64,000 bases of DNA from assembly GCF_009914755.1 (NCBI RefSeq), contig NC_060929.1; one strand, given 5' to 3'. The stretch is from the human T2T-CHM13v2.0 reference genome, Homo sapiens. Within the stretch, counting starts at the first letter, position 1; each line of letters begins with the position of its first letter. Under the pieces are notes generated by a model. That model ran no database searches. It was not told the origin of the DNA and worked only from the letters and a program-made list of their open reading frames with translations. The position numbers were made by a program, and so were the translations under genes. Below, piece by piece: positions 1-17,839 of the stretch.

Positions 1-900
1 CTCTTGCTTCTCTAGCTCTTTTAATTGTGATGTTAGGGTGTCGATTTTAGATCTTTTCTGCTTTCTTTTGTGGGAATTTAGTGCTACCAATTGCCCTCTA
101 AACACTGCGTTAGCTGTTTCCCAGATATTCTGGTACATTGTGTCTTTGTTCTCATTGGTTTCAAAGAACATCTTTATTTCTACCTAATTACGTTATTTAC
201 CCAGTAGTCATTCAGGAGCAGGTTGTTCAGTCTCCAAGTAGTTCTGCAGTTTTGAGTGACTTTCTTAATCCTGAGTTCTAATTTGATTGCACTGTGGTCT
301 GAGAGACTGTTATGATTTCCATTCTTTTGCATTTGCTGAGGAGTGTTTTGACTTCCAATTATGTGGTCAATTTTAGAATAAGTGTGACATGGTGCTGAGA
401 AGAATGTATATTCTGTTGATTTGAGATGGAGAGTTCTGTAGATGTCTATTAGGTCTGCTTGTTCCAGAGCTGAGTTCAAGTCCTAGATATGCTTGTTAAT
501 TTTCTGTCTCATTGATCTGTCTAATATTGACAGTGGGGTGTTAAAGTCTCCCACTATTATTGTGTGGGAGTCTAAGTCTCTTTGTAGGTCTCTAAAGACT
601 TGCTTTATGAATCTGGGTGCTCCTTTATTGGGTGCATATATATTTAGGATAGTTAGTTCTTCTTGTTGCATTGATCCCTTTACCATTATGTAATGCCCTT
701 CTTTGTCTCTTTTGATCCTTGTTGATTTAACGTCTGTTTTATCAGGGACTAGGATTGCAACCACTTCTTTTTTTTTTTTTTTTTTTTTTTTTGGTTTCCA
801 TTTTCTTGGTAAATCTTCCTCCATCTCTTTATTTTGAGCCTATGTGTGTCTTTGCAGGTGACATCGGTCTCCTGAATACAGCACACTGATGGGTCTTGAC
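1..900 (-). mobile_element. L1 (L1PA7/8-like), ORF2 endonuclease region; non-inverted part of a 5'-inverted insertion that continues left of the window
   Basis: ORFs 180-479 and 483-824 give L1 EN motifs ([40 protein letters not shown]) with frameshifts; the segment stops at GTCAAGACCCATCAG on the minus strand at 900. Confidence 0.93.
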
Positions 901-2142
901 ATCCACTCAGAGACCCCATCAGAAGGTCACCAACATCAAAGACCAAAAGTAGATAAATTCACAAAGATGGGGAGAAACCAGTGCACAAAAGCTGAAAATT
1001 TCAAAAACGAGAATGCCTCTTCTCCTCCAAAGGATTACAACTCCTCCCCAGCAAGAAAATAAAACTGGATGGAGAACGAGTTTGACGAATTGACAGAAGT
1101 AGGCTTCAGAACATGAGTAATAACAACCTCTTTCAAGCTAACAGAACTTTTTCTAACCCAATGCAAGGAAGCTAAGAACTTTGAAAAAAGGTTAGAGGAA
1201 TTGCTAACTAGAATAACCAGTTTAGAGAAGAACATAAATGACCTGACGGAGCTGAAAAACACAGCATGAGAACTTCATGAAGCATACACAAGTATCAATA
1301 GCTGAATCTATCAAGTGGAAGAAAGGATATCAGAGATTGCAGATCAACTTAATGAAATAAAGCAAGAAGACAAGGTTAGGGAAAAATAGTGAAAAGAAAT
1401 GAACAAAGCCTCCAAGAAATATGGGACTATGTGAAAAGACCAAAACATTTGATTGGTTTACCTGAAAGTGATGGAGAAAATGGAACCAAGTTGGAAAACA
1501 CACTTCAGGATATTATCCAGGAAAACTTCCCCAATCTATCAAGGCAGGCCAACATTCAAATTCAGGAAATACAGACAACACCACAAAGATACTTCTCGAG
1601 AAGAGCAACCCCAAGACATAATCGTCAGATTCACCAAGGTTGAAATGAAGGAAAAAATGTTAAGGGCAGCCAGAGAGAAAGGTCGGGTTACCCACAAAGG
1701 GAAGTGCATCAGACTAACGGCAGATCTCTTGGCAGAAACCCTACATGACAGAAGAGAGTGGGGGCCAATCTTCAACATTCTTAAAGAAAAAAAATTTTCA
1801 ACGCAGAATTTCATATCCAGCCAAGCTAAGCTTCATAAGTGAAGGAGAAATAAAATCCTTTACAGACAAGCAAATGCTGAGAGATTTTGTCACCAGCAGG
1901 CCTGCCTTACAAGAGCTCCTGAAGGAAGCACTAAACATAGAGAGGAACAACTGGTACCAGGCACTGCAAAAACATACCAAATTGTAAAGACCATTGACAC
2001 TATGAAGAAACTGCTCAACTAACAGGCAAAATAATCAGCTAGCATCATAATGAGAGGATCAAATCACACATAACAATATTAACCTTAAATGTAAATGGGC
2101 TAAATACCCCAATTAAAAGACACAGACTGGCAAATTGGGTAA
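901..2142 (+). mobile_element. Inverted 5' segment of the same L1 (end of 5'UTR, ORF1, inter-ORF spacer, ORF2 start)
   Basis: ORF1 peptides ([29 protein letters not shown]); ends at GCAAATTGGGTAA, about 3 nt before where the minus-strand segment begins in L1 coordinates. Confidence 0.92.
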
Positions 2143-2514
2143 CAGCAGCTTTGACTCTCCAGTCTGCAGGGTGAAATGTGGGTGCCCCACTTGGGCAAGC
2201 TTCCATGTTTTTGCGTCAGCTATCTAGAGACTTCTGGGTTATCTCTTATTTATACATCCCTAGGAGACGTATAATGAACATGGGTGAATGTTCTACCCTT
2301 GGTCCAGTTTGCTGTGGCCAAGACAGACAGAGTCATGAAGTAAGAAAGGCAATGAGGTGAGAACAAAAATACATCCCTCACAAAAGCAATGCACCACAAA
2401 AAAAAAAAAAAAGGAGAGAAGAAAGCCCAAAGGAGGAGAAAGCTGGCTGGATAACTTTTATTGACTATCTCCCAGGTGTCTTACTATGTTCTAGATGTTA
2501 GAATGAACGCAAGG

Positions 2515-3076
2515 TGTGATGCTTAGTATTAGGTGTCAACTTGACTGAACTGAGAAATGGCCAGATGGCTAGTAAAGTATTGTTTCTGGATGTGTCTGGG
2601 TATATACCCAGAAAAGTTGTTGCTAGAGGAGATTGACGTTTGAGTCAGTGGACTGGGAGAGGAAGACTCACACTCATTGTTAGTGGGCACCATCCAATCA
2701 CCTGCCAGTACAAGAACAAAGCAGACAGAAAAAGGGCGATAGGGTTGCTTTTAGAGTCTCCGGGCTTTCTCTCCTCCTGCCCTTGGACATCAGATTCAAG
2801 GTTAGTTGGCCTTTCAACTCTGGGTCTTACACCAGCAGCCTCCTGGGGGTTCTTGTGCTTTAGGCCTCAGACTGATGGCTGCACTGTCAGCTTCCATGGT
2901 TTTGAGGCTTTTGGACTTTGAGCCATGCTACTGGCTTCTTGCTTTTCCCAGCTTGCAGATGGCCTATCCTGGGGCTTCATCTTGTAATCATGTCAACCAA
3001 TTCTCCCGATAAACTCCCTTTTATATGTACATATATCTTATTAGCTCTGTCCCTCTGGAGAATGCTGGCTAATGCA
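2515..3076 (+). mobile_element. MLT2-family (ERVL) solo LTR
   Basis: TGTGAT...GTGTCAACTTGACTG start, GTCCCTCTGGAGAA...CTAATGCA end; 5-bp TSD CAAGG/TAAGG. Confidence 0.8.
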
Positions 3077-4814
3077 TAAGGGACAAATAAAGCATGACCT
3101 TCTAAGGACCTAGTTGGGGAGACCAGAGAGACATGGAAGAGACAATTCCTGGTCAATATGCAGCAGCATTTACCCATGAGCTGAACTGTGAGGCCAAGAT
3201 GCTGTGCCTCAGGTTGCAGAAGGAGTAGGGTCTGTGGCAGTGAGAAGGAAATTCGAGTTTACTGTGCCAAGCATCTGCTAGCATGTTCTTATCTGACTCC
3301 AGCCTCTCAACAATTTATCTATAAGATAAATGCTACCTGAGAAAACTTCCTGGAAGATAGAGGGAAAGGGCATGTTAGTGGAGATAATAGCATGGTCAAA
3401 GTCTTGGTGGTCAAGAAGACCATGGTTTGTGCAGGGGAGATTCAGGTAACCAGTCTAAATGCTTTAAACTCTCCAGTCTGCAGGGTGAAATGTGGATGCC
3501 CCTCCTGGGCAAGCTTCCATGTTTTTGCCTCACCTATCCAGAGACTCTGGTGTAAGACCCAGAGTTCAAATCCTTTGAAGTAGGAAATGCTTTGAAAGGG
3601 TGGAATTTGTAGGAAGGAAGTTTAATAAGAGCTCAAATGAATGAAACCAATATTCGTTTATTCAACTTACTTCTTGATCCCTACTATGTTGTATGCCAGG
3701 CTCTGGGTGTGTCCCTGCTATGGTGCGCCAGTCAGGTATTAGGGACAAAGAGATAAATAAGATACAGCACAAACTTTGAGAAGTCCACACTCTAGTGGGC
3801 AGAAGAATACATGTTGGAAACAACAGGCACATGCTTCACACATTTCAGAGACTGAAATGTCACCCATAGATTCTGGTTTCTCGGTATATCAGCCATGTTT
3901 TTCCATGGCAAATAAGTAAGGCAGAGTATTAAACCCAGAACATCAGTAGTGCAGGCTTTATGTGTCTCTACCATTTAAAAAAGCATCTAAGGAGATTTTT
4001 AAAAGAGATTTAACAATCTAATAGTCAAGTCTTTGGGGATTTTAGGGTGACCTGGTACCCAAAGCAACAGCATGCTGAAGACACTAATCTACAGTACCAA
4101 CTCTGAACAATACTCTAAAAAAGTTGATGCCATACCATTGGGCAGTCACTTTGTAATGCTGTTCATATAGAATAAATCTCATTTTTAACAAAAATGTATC
4201 TTTAAGATATATACAACGATTACCCTAGAAATAGATTGGGCTGTCTATTATATTGATAAATATGCAATCTTGGAAATTTGTCTCTAGTGCCTGGTTTACT
4301 ATACACCAACAGAATTTAGAGCTGCATTAAAATACTTTATAGCATTCAGGCAGCAATGTTCCTATTTCTTATGCGGATACATTGGAAACATGGTTGGGGC
4401 TGTCATTCATCCCTGGCACCTAAATGTTTTTCACAAATAGTTGTTGCCTTAAGAAAGTATCACCAAATAAAATGTTTTTATTTGGTTCTTTGGTGATATG
4501 TCAATAGACATTAAAATAAAAACTTCCTGTACTTAGGTGCAATAGTCCCCTTCAAAGTGTTTTCAAGAGGAGCTGGAGGGTCTCTAAGGACCCATCAGTG
4601 GGAATGAGGAGGCAGAGCTGAGGGATTATTACCTCTTAAAAGGATAGATCTTTCTATTGGCCACTTCACCTTTATTGGGAAGGAGGGAGCATAATAGAAT
4701 TTTATATGTACTATCACACATCCAGAGGAGGATCATTGATATACTGTGTGCCTCGTGCATCTGCCAGCATGGGAGCAGGGCACACATGGGCCTTGTCTCT
4801 AGACACCAACAAAA

Positions 4815-4964
4815 TGCAGTTGTCCATTTCTTCAATGAACTCAGTTCGTGGTAATATCTTTGGATATTAATAATAATATCTTTGGATATTACCATGAACT
4901 GAGTTCATTGGAGAAACGAGATATTACCATGAACCGAGTTCATTGAAGAAATGGACACCTGGAT
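4815..4964. repeat. Compound inverted repeat / long hairpin
   Basis: 4821-4858 is the reverse complement of 4920-4957 (2 mismatches) and partly of 4885-4916; the spacer holds TAATATCTTTGGATATTA twice. Confidence 0.9.
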
Positions 4965-5110
4965 GTGGTTCAGGAGGAGGATAATATGCAGGCCTTACAC
5001 AATGATTTATTTATAATCTATTTAAATAAGGAGGCCTCATAAAACAATGAAAATAGATTTTTTTTCTTCCATAAATTAGACTTACCTTCCCAACTGTATT
5101 GCCTGGGGTT

Positions 5111-5270
5111 TTATATATATATGTATATATGTGTATATATACACATATATACATATATAAATATATATGTATATATGTGTATATATACACATATATACAT
5201 ATATAAATATATATGTATATATGTGTATATATACACATATATATAAAATATATATGTATATCATATATAT
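5111..5270. repeat. (TA)-rich minisatellite, ~46-bp self-complementary unit, ~3 copies
   Basis: Unit contains the perfect palindrome ATGTATATATGTGTATATATACACATATATACAT. Confidence 0.9.
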
Positions 5271-5329
5271 GGAAATTTGATTCATTCCAGTCATATAAAA
5301 ATAGTATTACTAAAAATAACAACAGCACT

Positions 5330-5556
5330 CCCTTAGCCCCTTCATTGCTTTAGTTTTCTCCATAGCACATATTGCCTGATATACTATTTATTTTATTATT
5401 TCTGTATGATTTTCCTCCCTCCACTAGAATGTAAATGCCATATGGGCAAAGATTTTGACTTCTTTCTCCTCCCCCACCCTCTGCATCTATCCCCAGAGCC
5501 TAGAACATGTCTAGCTCAAAGCATGTGCTCAAAAAATATTTTGTAAACAAATGAAA
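5330..5556 (+). mobile_element. L2 3' end fragment
   Basis: CTCCACTAGAATGTAA...ATCCCCAGAGCCTAGAACA...GCTCAAAAAATATTTTG...AATGAA resembles the L2 3' terminus. Confidence 0.65.
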
Positions 5557-5684
5557 AAGCTATCCCTTAGTAAGTCTTGATTGCATACTTTACCTCATTT
5601 AATTAATACAATACTATGAGTAATATTATTTCCATATTTTTAAGAAAATACATGAATTATTTTTCATATAAAGAGCTAAAATGT

Positions 5685-5971
<287 letters not shown>

Positions 5972-5994
5972 GTTAAAATACTACTAGAGGCAGA

Positions 5995-6380
5995 TTATAG
6001 TCTTTAAATACCATTTTCTAGTAAAATGAACAAAGGCTTCCTAGAGAAATGACTGATTCTAGATCTAGTGTGGGAAATACATAGAATGAGACTAGAACAT
6101 CCTGTTATGCAGAAAGCAAAGAAGCTATCAAAGACTACTTGAGTTGTGGCAAAGATTTAAAAGACCAGTTTAAAGGGACTCCCACTGTCCAAAGCTGGGG
6201 CAATAATGATTTTAAAAAGAATAACTGCAACAGATTGAAAACCTTAAAATGTTAAAATCCATTAGTTCATAATAGTACTGCCAAAAAAACAAACAAAAAA
6301 AACCACCTGATTGGTCACCTTTGCAAGATACTAGGGAACACCCTCTTCATTCTGGAAGTGGTAAATAAGAGAATCAAGAC
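5995..6380 (+). mobile_element. Old L1 (L1MC-like) 3' region fragment
   Basis: GGCTTCCTAGAGAAATGACTGATTCTAG...CTCCCACTGTCCAAAGCTGGG resembles the L1MC 3' UTR. Confidence 0.5.
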
Positions 6381-6529
6381 TCAGTTTCATCTCAGAGATA
6401 CAAAGAGTAGAAAGCAGTATTGTTCCCACACTTACAGCATGAAAAAAGCTTAAAAAATGCAAATAAGCAACTTTTCTTGAACTTTCAGAGAACTGAGGTC
6501 ACAGGGCAAATAACTAACCTGAAATCTAG

Positions 6530-7076
6530 TGTTGAAGACAGAATGCACAAGACAATTAAGGAGATGATTATATTTAGACTATTGTAATAGAAGAACACCT
6601 TGGATTCAAAGATCAGAGTATCTCAGCAATGTGGTTTCATCCCGGACTTTTTAAGGAGAAGTAGATAAGTTACAGCTGGGGTGATTTACAGATGGTATCA
6701 TTTTGCAATTAGGGGAAGTCTCAGTCATGTTGCTGAACTAGAGATGTTTATTTCTACCTCTGCCTGGTTTCGGGGATAAAAACAGTTCTAGCTTTAGCTA
6801 CTCATTCCTAATGCTAGGGGTGAAAGGGAAAGGATCTATATCTGGCTTATCAACAGGTTCAAGCAAAAGGGGAAAAAAAAGATCTGTGTTTGACCTTGTC
6901 TCAGGTAAACACAAAAGTCTTATGCCACTCATGACAAAGAGTGGACAGCAAGTTTTAGCTGAGTCATATTGGGAAGGGTGGTTCTTTGTGATGTCCTTTC
7001 CTGAAACACCAAATAATCGGAGAACTTCTTAACTATTGCTGTCTGCTGGGAGCACAAGACTCAGTAAATTTCAGCA
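6530..7076 (-). mobile_element. Solo LTR, MER73/MER74/MER54-like (ERVL)
   Basis: On minus it begins TGCTGAAATTTACTGAGTCTTGTGCTCCCAG...AAAGAACCACCCTTCCC and ends TTCAACA; no clear TSD. Confidence 0.5.
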
Positions 7077-8019
7077 TTGTTCCTGGAGAGAGACAGGTGC
7101 CTACAGAGAGAAACAGGACCAGGACAGCTGCCTATCTGATGCAGAATACCAAACACCATGTAAGTGCATAAGAAGGTTCATATATAAACTTTTAAGGAAT
7201 TCCTAAAGTCTGGATATGGGCTATAAGAGTGTTAATTTCTTGGGAGCCACAGAAACAGAGGTTTGCAAACTCTTACAGGTGTAATGTCTCTCAGGTGTTC
7301 AGCTTACTTTAGCTTTAGCCCCTGCTGAAACTTCAAGGAGACCCATCACCCCTTTCAAATAAAAGCGTTCATCTTCAGAAGGAAGCACAATAAAAACTGT
7401 AGCCTTAAGAAGCTGGAAGCAATTCATTGCAGCTGGGCCCGGAGAAAAGGAAAACATTTTCTATCCCTGAGAGAAAGGCAGGAACAGTACCAAGCCCAGC
7501 ACGAGTCTGCAGGAGGGTAAGACCACACCCCCTTGAGACAGGTGCTCAGGGATTGTCCACGACTGAGGCTCAACCAGAAGATCAGAGAACATCGCCCTGC
7601 TTTGCACCAAGTGTTAAGAAAAAATAACAGTGGAATAAGATACGAGAAGCACAGGAAGTGGATTTTCTTTGGGGAGCAGGGCAAAGGGAAGACCCAGTGC
7701 CAAGCCAATATATCCAAAGCCAACGGGGGAGCAGACATTGAGAAAAACACTACAGCAGATTATCCTACATCCTGAAACAAGGTAGGCCTCTCCATGAGTA
7801 AAGTCATTTTTTCTTTAATCCTTATAAAATCTATTTTATTTATTTTTTGCCTTCTATTCTGCTTCATCATATAGCAATTAGCTTTCTTGTTATTACTTGC
7901 CTCATGTGTGCATTTCCATCCCTTTACTTCCAACTTTCCTATGTCACTTTATTTCAGATGTGCTTCTTGTAAAAGTACATCACTGTTTTTGATGTTTGTT
8001 GTGTTGCAATTTTATAATG

Positions 8020-8484
8020 GCCATTTTGAATCCCTTGATCAGAAATGTATCCTTGGAAGGTTTAGAGAGGATCATAACCTTGGCTAAAGCCACTTGCCCA
8101 GCGGCATGATGACCTGCTGCTACATTGCCTTTAACTTCCATACTGTCTTTTTACCTGGACTTCAATTTGATAAAAGCCACCTCTCTAGGAAGTAGGAATG
8201 CAACTAAATGTCTCTTAACTTGCTGTCCACTTTTGATGGAAGTTACAGGGAGGTGAGAGACGCTTTTTCTTTCCAAAGCATCCAAAAGTCACGTACTACT
8301 CTAGAGTAACCCTGCTATCTGTATATAAGTCTATTCTCTGGTCTTTGGCTAGTTGAAAAACTCTAGAAGGTGCAATAAATTCTGCCACCTGGGATGCCTT
8401 TTCCTCAGACAGAGGACTGTATTCTAAAGGAGAGCTGGGATTAGTGATGGAATATCTTGCTCGATAACCTCCAGATTCAGTTTT
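8020..8484 (-). pseudogene. Decayed ERV1 pol, RNase H domain
   Basis: Minus-strand translation KTESGGYRARYSITNP...SQVAEFIAPSRVFQLAKDQRIDLYTDSR matches gammaretroviral RNase H motifs (AQxAELIAL, IYTDS). Confidence 0.8.
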
Positions 8485-9036
8485 TGTTACAGTAAGTAGC
8501 TAGTCAGGTATAAGCAGGGCATAAAAGAGCTCCCCACCACCCAACACATACTCCAGTAGTGTCAGGTGACCATCCAGTGATGGTCAGGCAGTGTTAACTG
8601 TCTCTCTAAGGAAATAATTGATCCCAGCTGGCACTAGGGAAAGACAGTCTCATATTAGATAGAAAATACCTGAAACTGGTGATTTGCAGCTTCCCAATAA
8701 GATCTGAGGAGTTGAGAGAAGTGACACAAGACCCGGAAGTATGCCAACATATGAAACCCCAAGTCAAAAAGGTCAAACTGTGCACTTGTCTTTCAAGTTG
8801 GCCACTTGGCTCTCTTCCAAGTGTACTTTCCTTCCTTTCATTCCTGTTCTAAGGTTTTTAAATAAATGTTCTCTCCTGCTCTAAAACTTTCCCCAGTCTC
8901 TCCTTCTGCCTTAAGCCCCGAAGTCAAATACTTTCTTCTGAGGAGGCAAGAACTGAGGTTGCTGCAGACCAGTACCTATTTGCCACTATTAACATATTTT
9001 GGTGCCTTGTGACTCGGATACCTTCCACTACTAACA
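8485..9036 (+). mobile_element. MER50-like LTR inserted into the ERV RNase H
   Basis: TGTTACAGTAAGTAGCTAGTCAGG start, GAGGAGGCAAGAACTGAGGTTGCTGCAGAC near the end, ends CTAACA; TTTT on both sides is a possible 4-bp TSD. Confidence 0.8.
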
Positions 9037-9949
9037 TTTTGAGGTATGATCCATAACAAAGATTATGAGGTCGTGGTTCTCAATATGAGTCTCAGATAAA
9101 TCTGATTGTGGTACCGAGGGTTCCCTAATTAAGAAAAGATAATTCTGAGGTTCAGCTCCCCATCTTCTTGCAGGGCAGGAGAGTGACAGTGTTTAGGTTT
9201 TGTTGTGGTGAATAACCCATGTGAGAGGCAGGGAGTAATAGCATCTCATAGGAGGTTAATCAGATGGCTGAGAAGTGCTGTGTGTCCTCAGTAATGTCTG
9301 CACTGTGTGAGGAACCTGAGGTCAAGTAGGGAGCCAAAACCAGTTCAGCAGAAACATCACCAAGTTTGCAGTAGCGGCTGTGGTTCTCAGACAAGGAGAT
9401 GAACCTTTGCCCCTGGGTCTGCTGATGATGCACTTAAAACCCAAAGGGCTTGTCCCAATCACTCATATGCAAACAGATGAAATGTTTTTTGGTTTTTGTT
9501 GTTGGTGGTGGTGGTGTTTTAGTTAGAGATACCTAGATAAGGAGGCAATTGAAAAACCTTCAGGTTCCAGAAGTCCTGCTCCCATTTGGACTTTCAGAGC
9601 AGAAGTCTGTTCCTGAGGATTTATTCGTAAAAAGGTTTTGCAATCTCAGAAAAACTTAGAACCCATTGTCTGCAATATCCTCTTAAACCTACAGATCCTT
9701 TCTATTGTAGTTTGTAAGAGTTCTAGGGCATGTTTGAATAGCCTTCAGTCTAACAGTTTTTTCCCTCTTGTGCCCTATTCGATAAACTATTCAGGAAAAA
9801 TTGTAATTTGTCTTTGGAACTTTAAGTCCATTTTCTAAGACTGAGAGCAAGTAAATGGAATCTTTTTAATAGTCTTGTTCTCAAAAAAGAGTAGGAGATC
9901 AACTACATAGCATATTAGAACTGAATCACAAGATAAATTTAGATCTTTT
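9037..9949 (-). pseudogene. Decayed ERV1 pol, RT C-terminal half and connection domain
   Basis: Minus-strand translation SVLICYVVDLLL (degenerate YxDD), VPHTVQTLL, TQHFSA, LTSYEMLLLP...LNTVTLLP, YGSYLK (DGS region). Confidence 0.8.
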
Positions 9950-10334
9950 TTATTTTTTAATTTTTAAAATTATACTTGAAATTCTGGGATATATGTTTCA
10001 GAATGTACAGGTTTGTTACATAGATATACACGTGCCATGGTGCTTTGCGGCACCCATCAACCCATCATCTACATTAGGTATCTCTCCTAATGCTGTACCT
10101 CCCCCACCCCATGACAGGCCCTGGTGTGTGATGTTCTCCTCCGTGGATCCGTGTGTTCTCATTGTTTAACTCCCACTTATGAGTGAGAACATGTGGTGTT
10201 TGATTTTCTGTTCCTGTGTCAGTTTGCTGAGACTGATGATTTCCAGCTATATCCATGTCCCCGCAAAGGACATAAACTTGTCCTTTTTTATGGCTGCATA
10301 GTATTCCATTGTGTATATGTGCCACATTTTTCTT

Positions 10335-16256
<5,922 letters not shown>

Positions 16257-16854
16257 CCACATTTTCTTTATCCTATCTATCATTGATTGGCATTTGGATT
16301 GGTTCCAAGTCTTTGATATTGTGAATAGTGTGGGAATAAACATACATGTGCATGTATCTTTATAGTAGAATGATTTATAATGCTTTGGGTATATACCCAG
16401 TAATGGGATTGCTGGGTCAAATGGCATTTCTGGTTCTGGATCCTTGAGGAATCGCCACACTGTCTTCCACAATGGTTGAACTAATTTACACTCCCACCAA
16501 TTATGTAAAAGCATTCCTATTACTCCACATCCTCTCCAGCATCTGTTGTTTCCTGACTTTTTAATGTTCACCATTTTAACTGGCATGAGAGGCTATCTCA
16601 TTATGGTTTTGATTTGCATTTCTCTAGTGACCAGTGATGATGAGCTGTTTTTCATGTTTGTTGTTCACATAAATGTTGTCTTCTGAGAAGTTGTCTCTTC
16701 ACATCCTTCACACACTTTTTGATGGGGTTGTTTTTTTCTTGTAAATTTGCTTAAGTTTTTTGTAGGTTCTGGATGTTAGCTGTTTGTCAAATGGATAGAT
16801 TGCAAAAATTTTCTCCCATTCTGTAGGTTGCCTCTTCATGATGATGATAGTTTA

Positions 16855-17118
<264 letters not shown>

Positions 17119-17656
17119 CTATTTATTAAATAGGGCATCCTTCCCTAATGTTTGTTTTTATTAGATTTGTCAAAGATCAGATGGTTGTAGATGTGTGGTG
17201 TTATCTCTGAGGCCTCTGTTCTGTGGTCTGTATATCTGTTTTGGTACCAGTAACATGCTGTTTTGATTACTGTAGGCTTGTAATATAGTTTGAAGTCAGG
17301 TAGCTTGATGCTTCCAGCTTTGTTCTTTTTGCTTAGGATTTTCTTGGCTATGTGGGCTCTTTTTTGGTTCCATGTGAAATTTAAAGTAGTTTTTTCTAAT
17401 TCTGTGAAGAAAGTCAATGGTAGATGGATGGGAATAGCATTGAATCTATAAATTACTTCGGGCAGTATGGCCATTTTCATGATATTGATTCTTCCCATTC
17501 ATGAGGATGGAATGTTTTTCCATTTGTTTGTGTCCTCTCTTATTTCGTTGAGCAGTGGTTTGTAGTTCTCCTTGAAGAGGTCCTTCACATCCCTTGTAAG
17601 TTGTATTCCTAGGTATTTTATTCTCTTTGTAGCAATTGTGAATGGGAGTTCACTCA

Positions 17657-17839
<183 letters not shown>

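Noticed and set aside
4821-4957. CRISPR-like repeat array
   Set aside because: Mixed orientation, no unique spacers, primate context.
5011-5328. Ile/Tyr-rich ORFs
   Set aside because: Translations of the (TA)-rich minisatellite.
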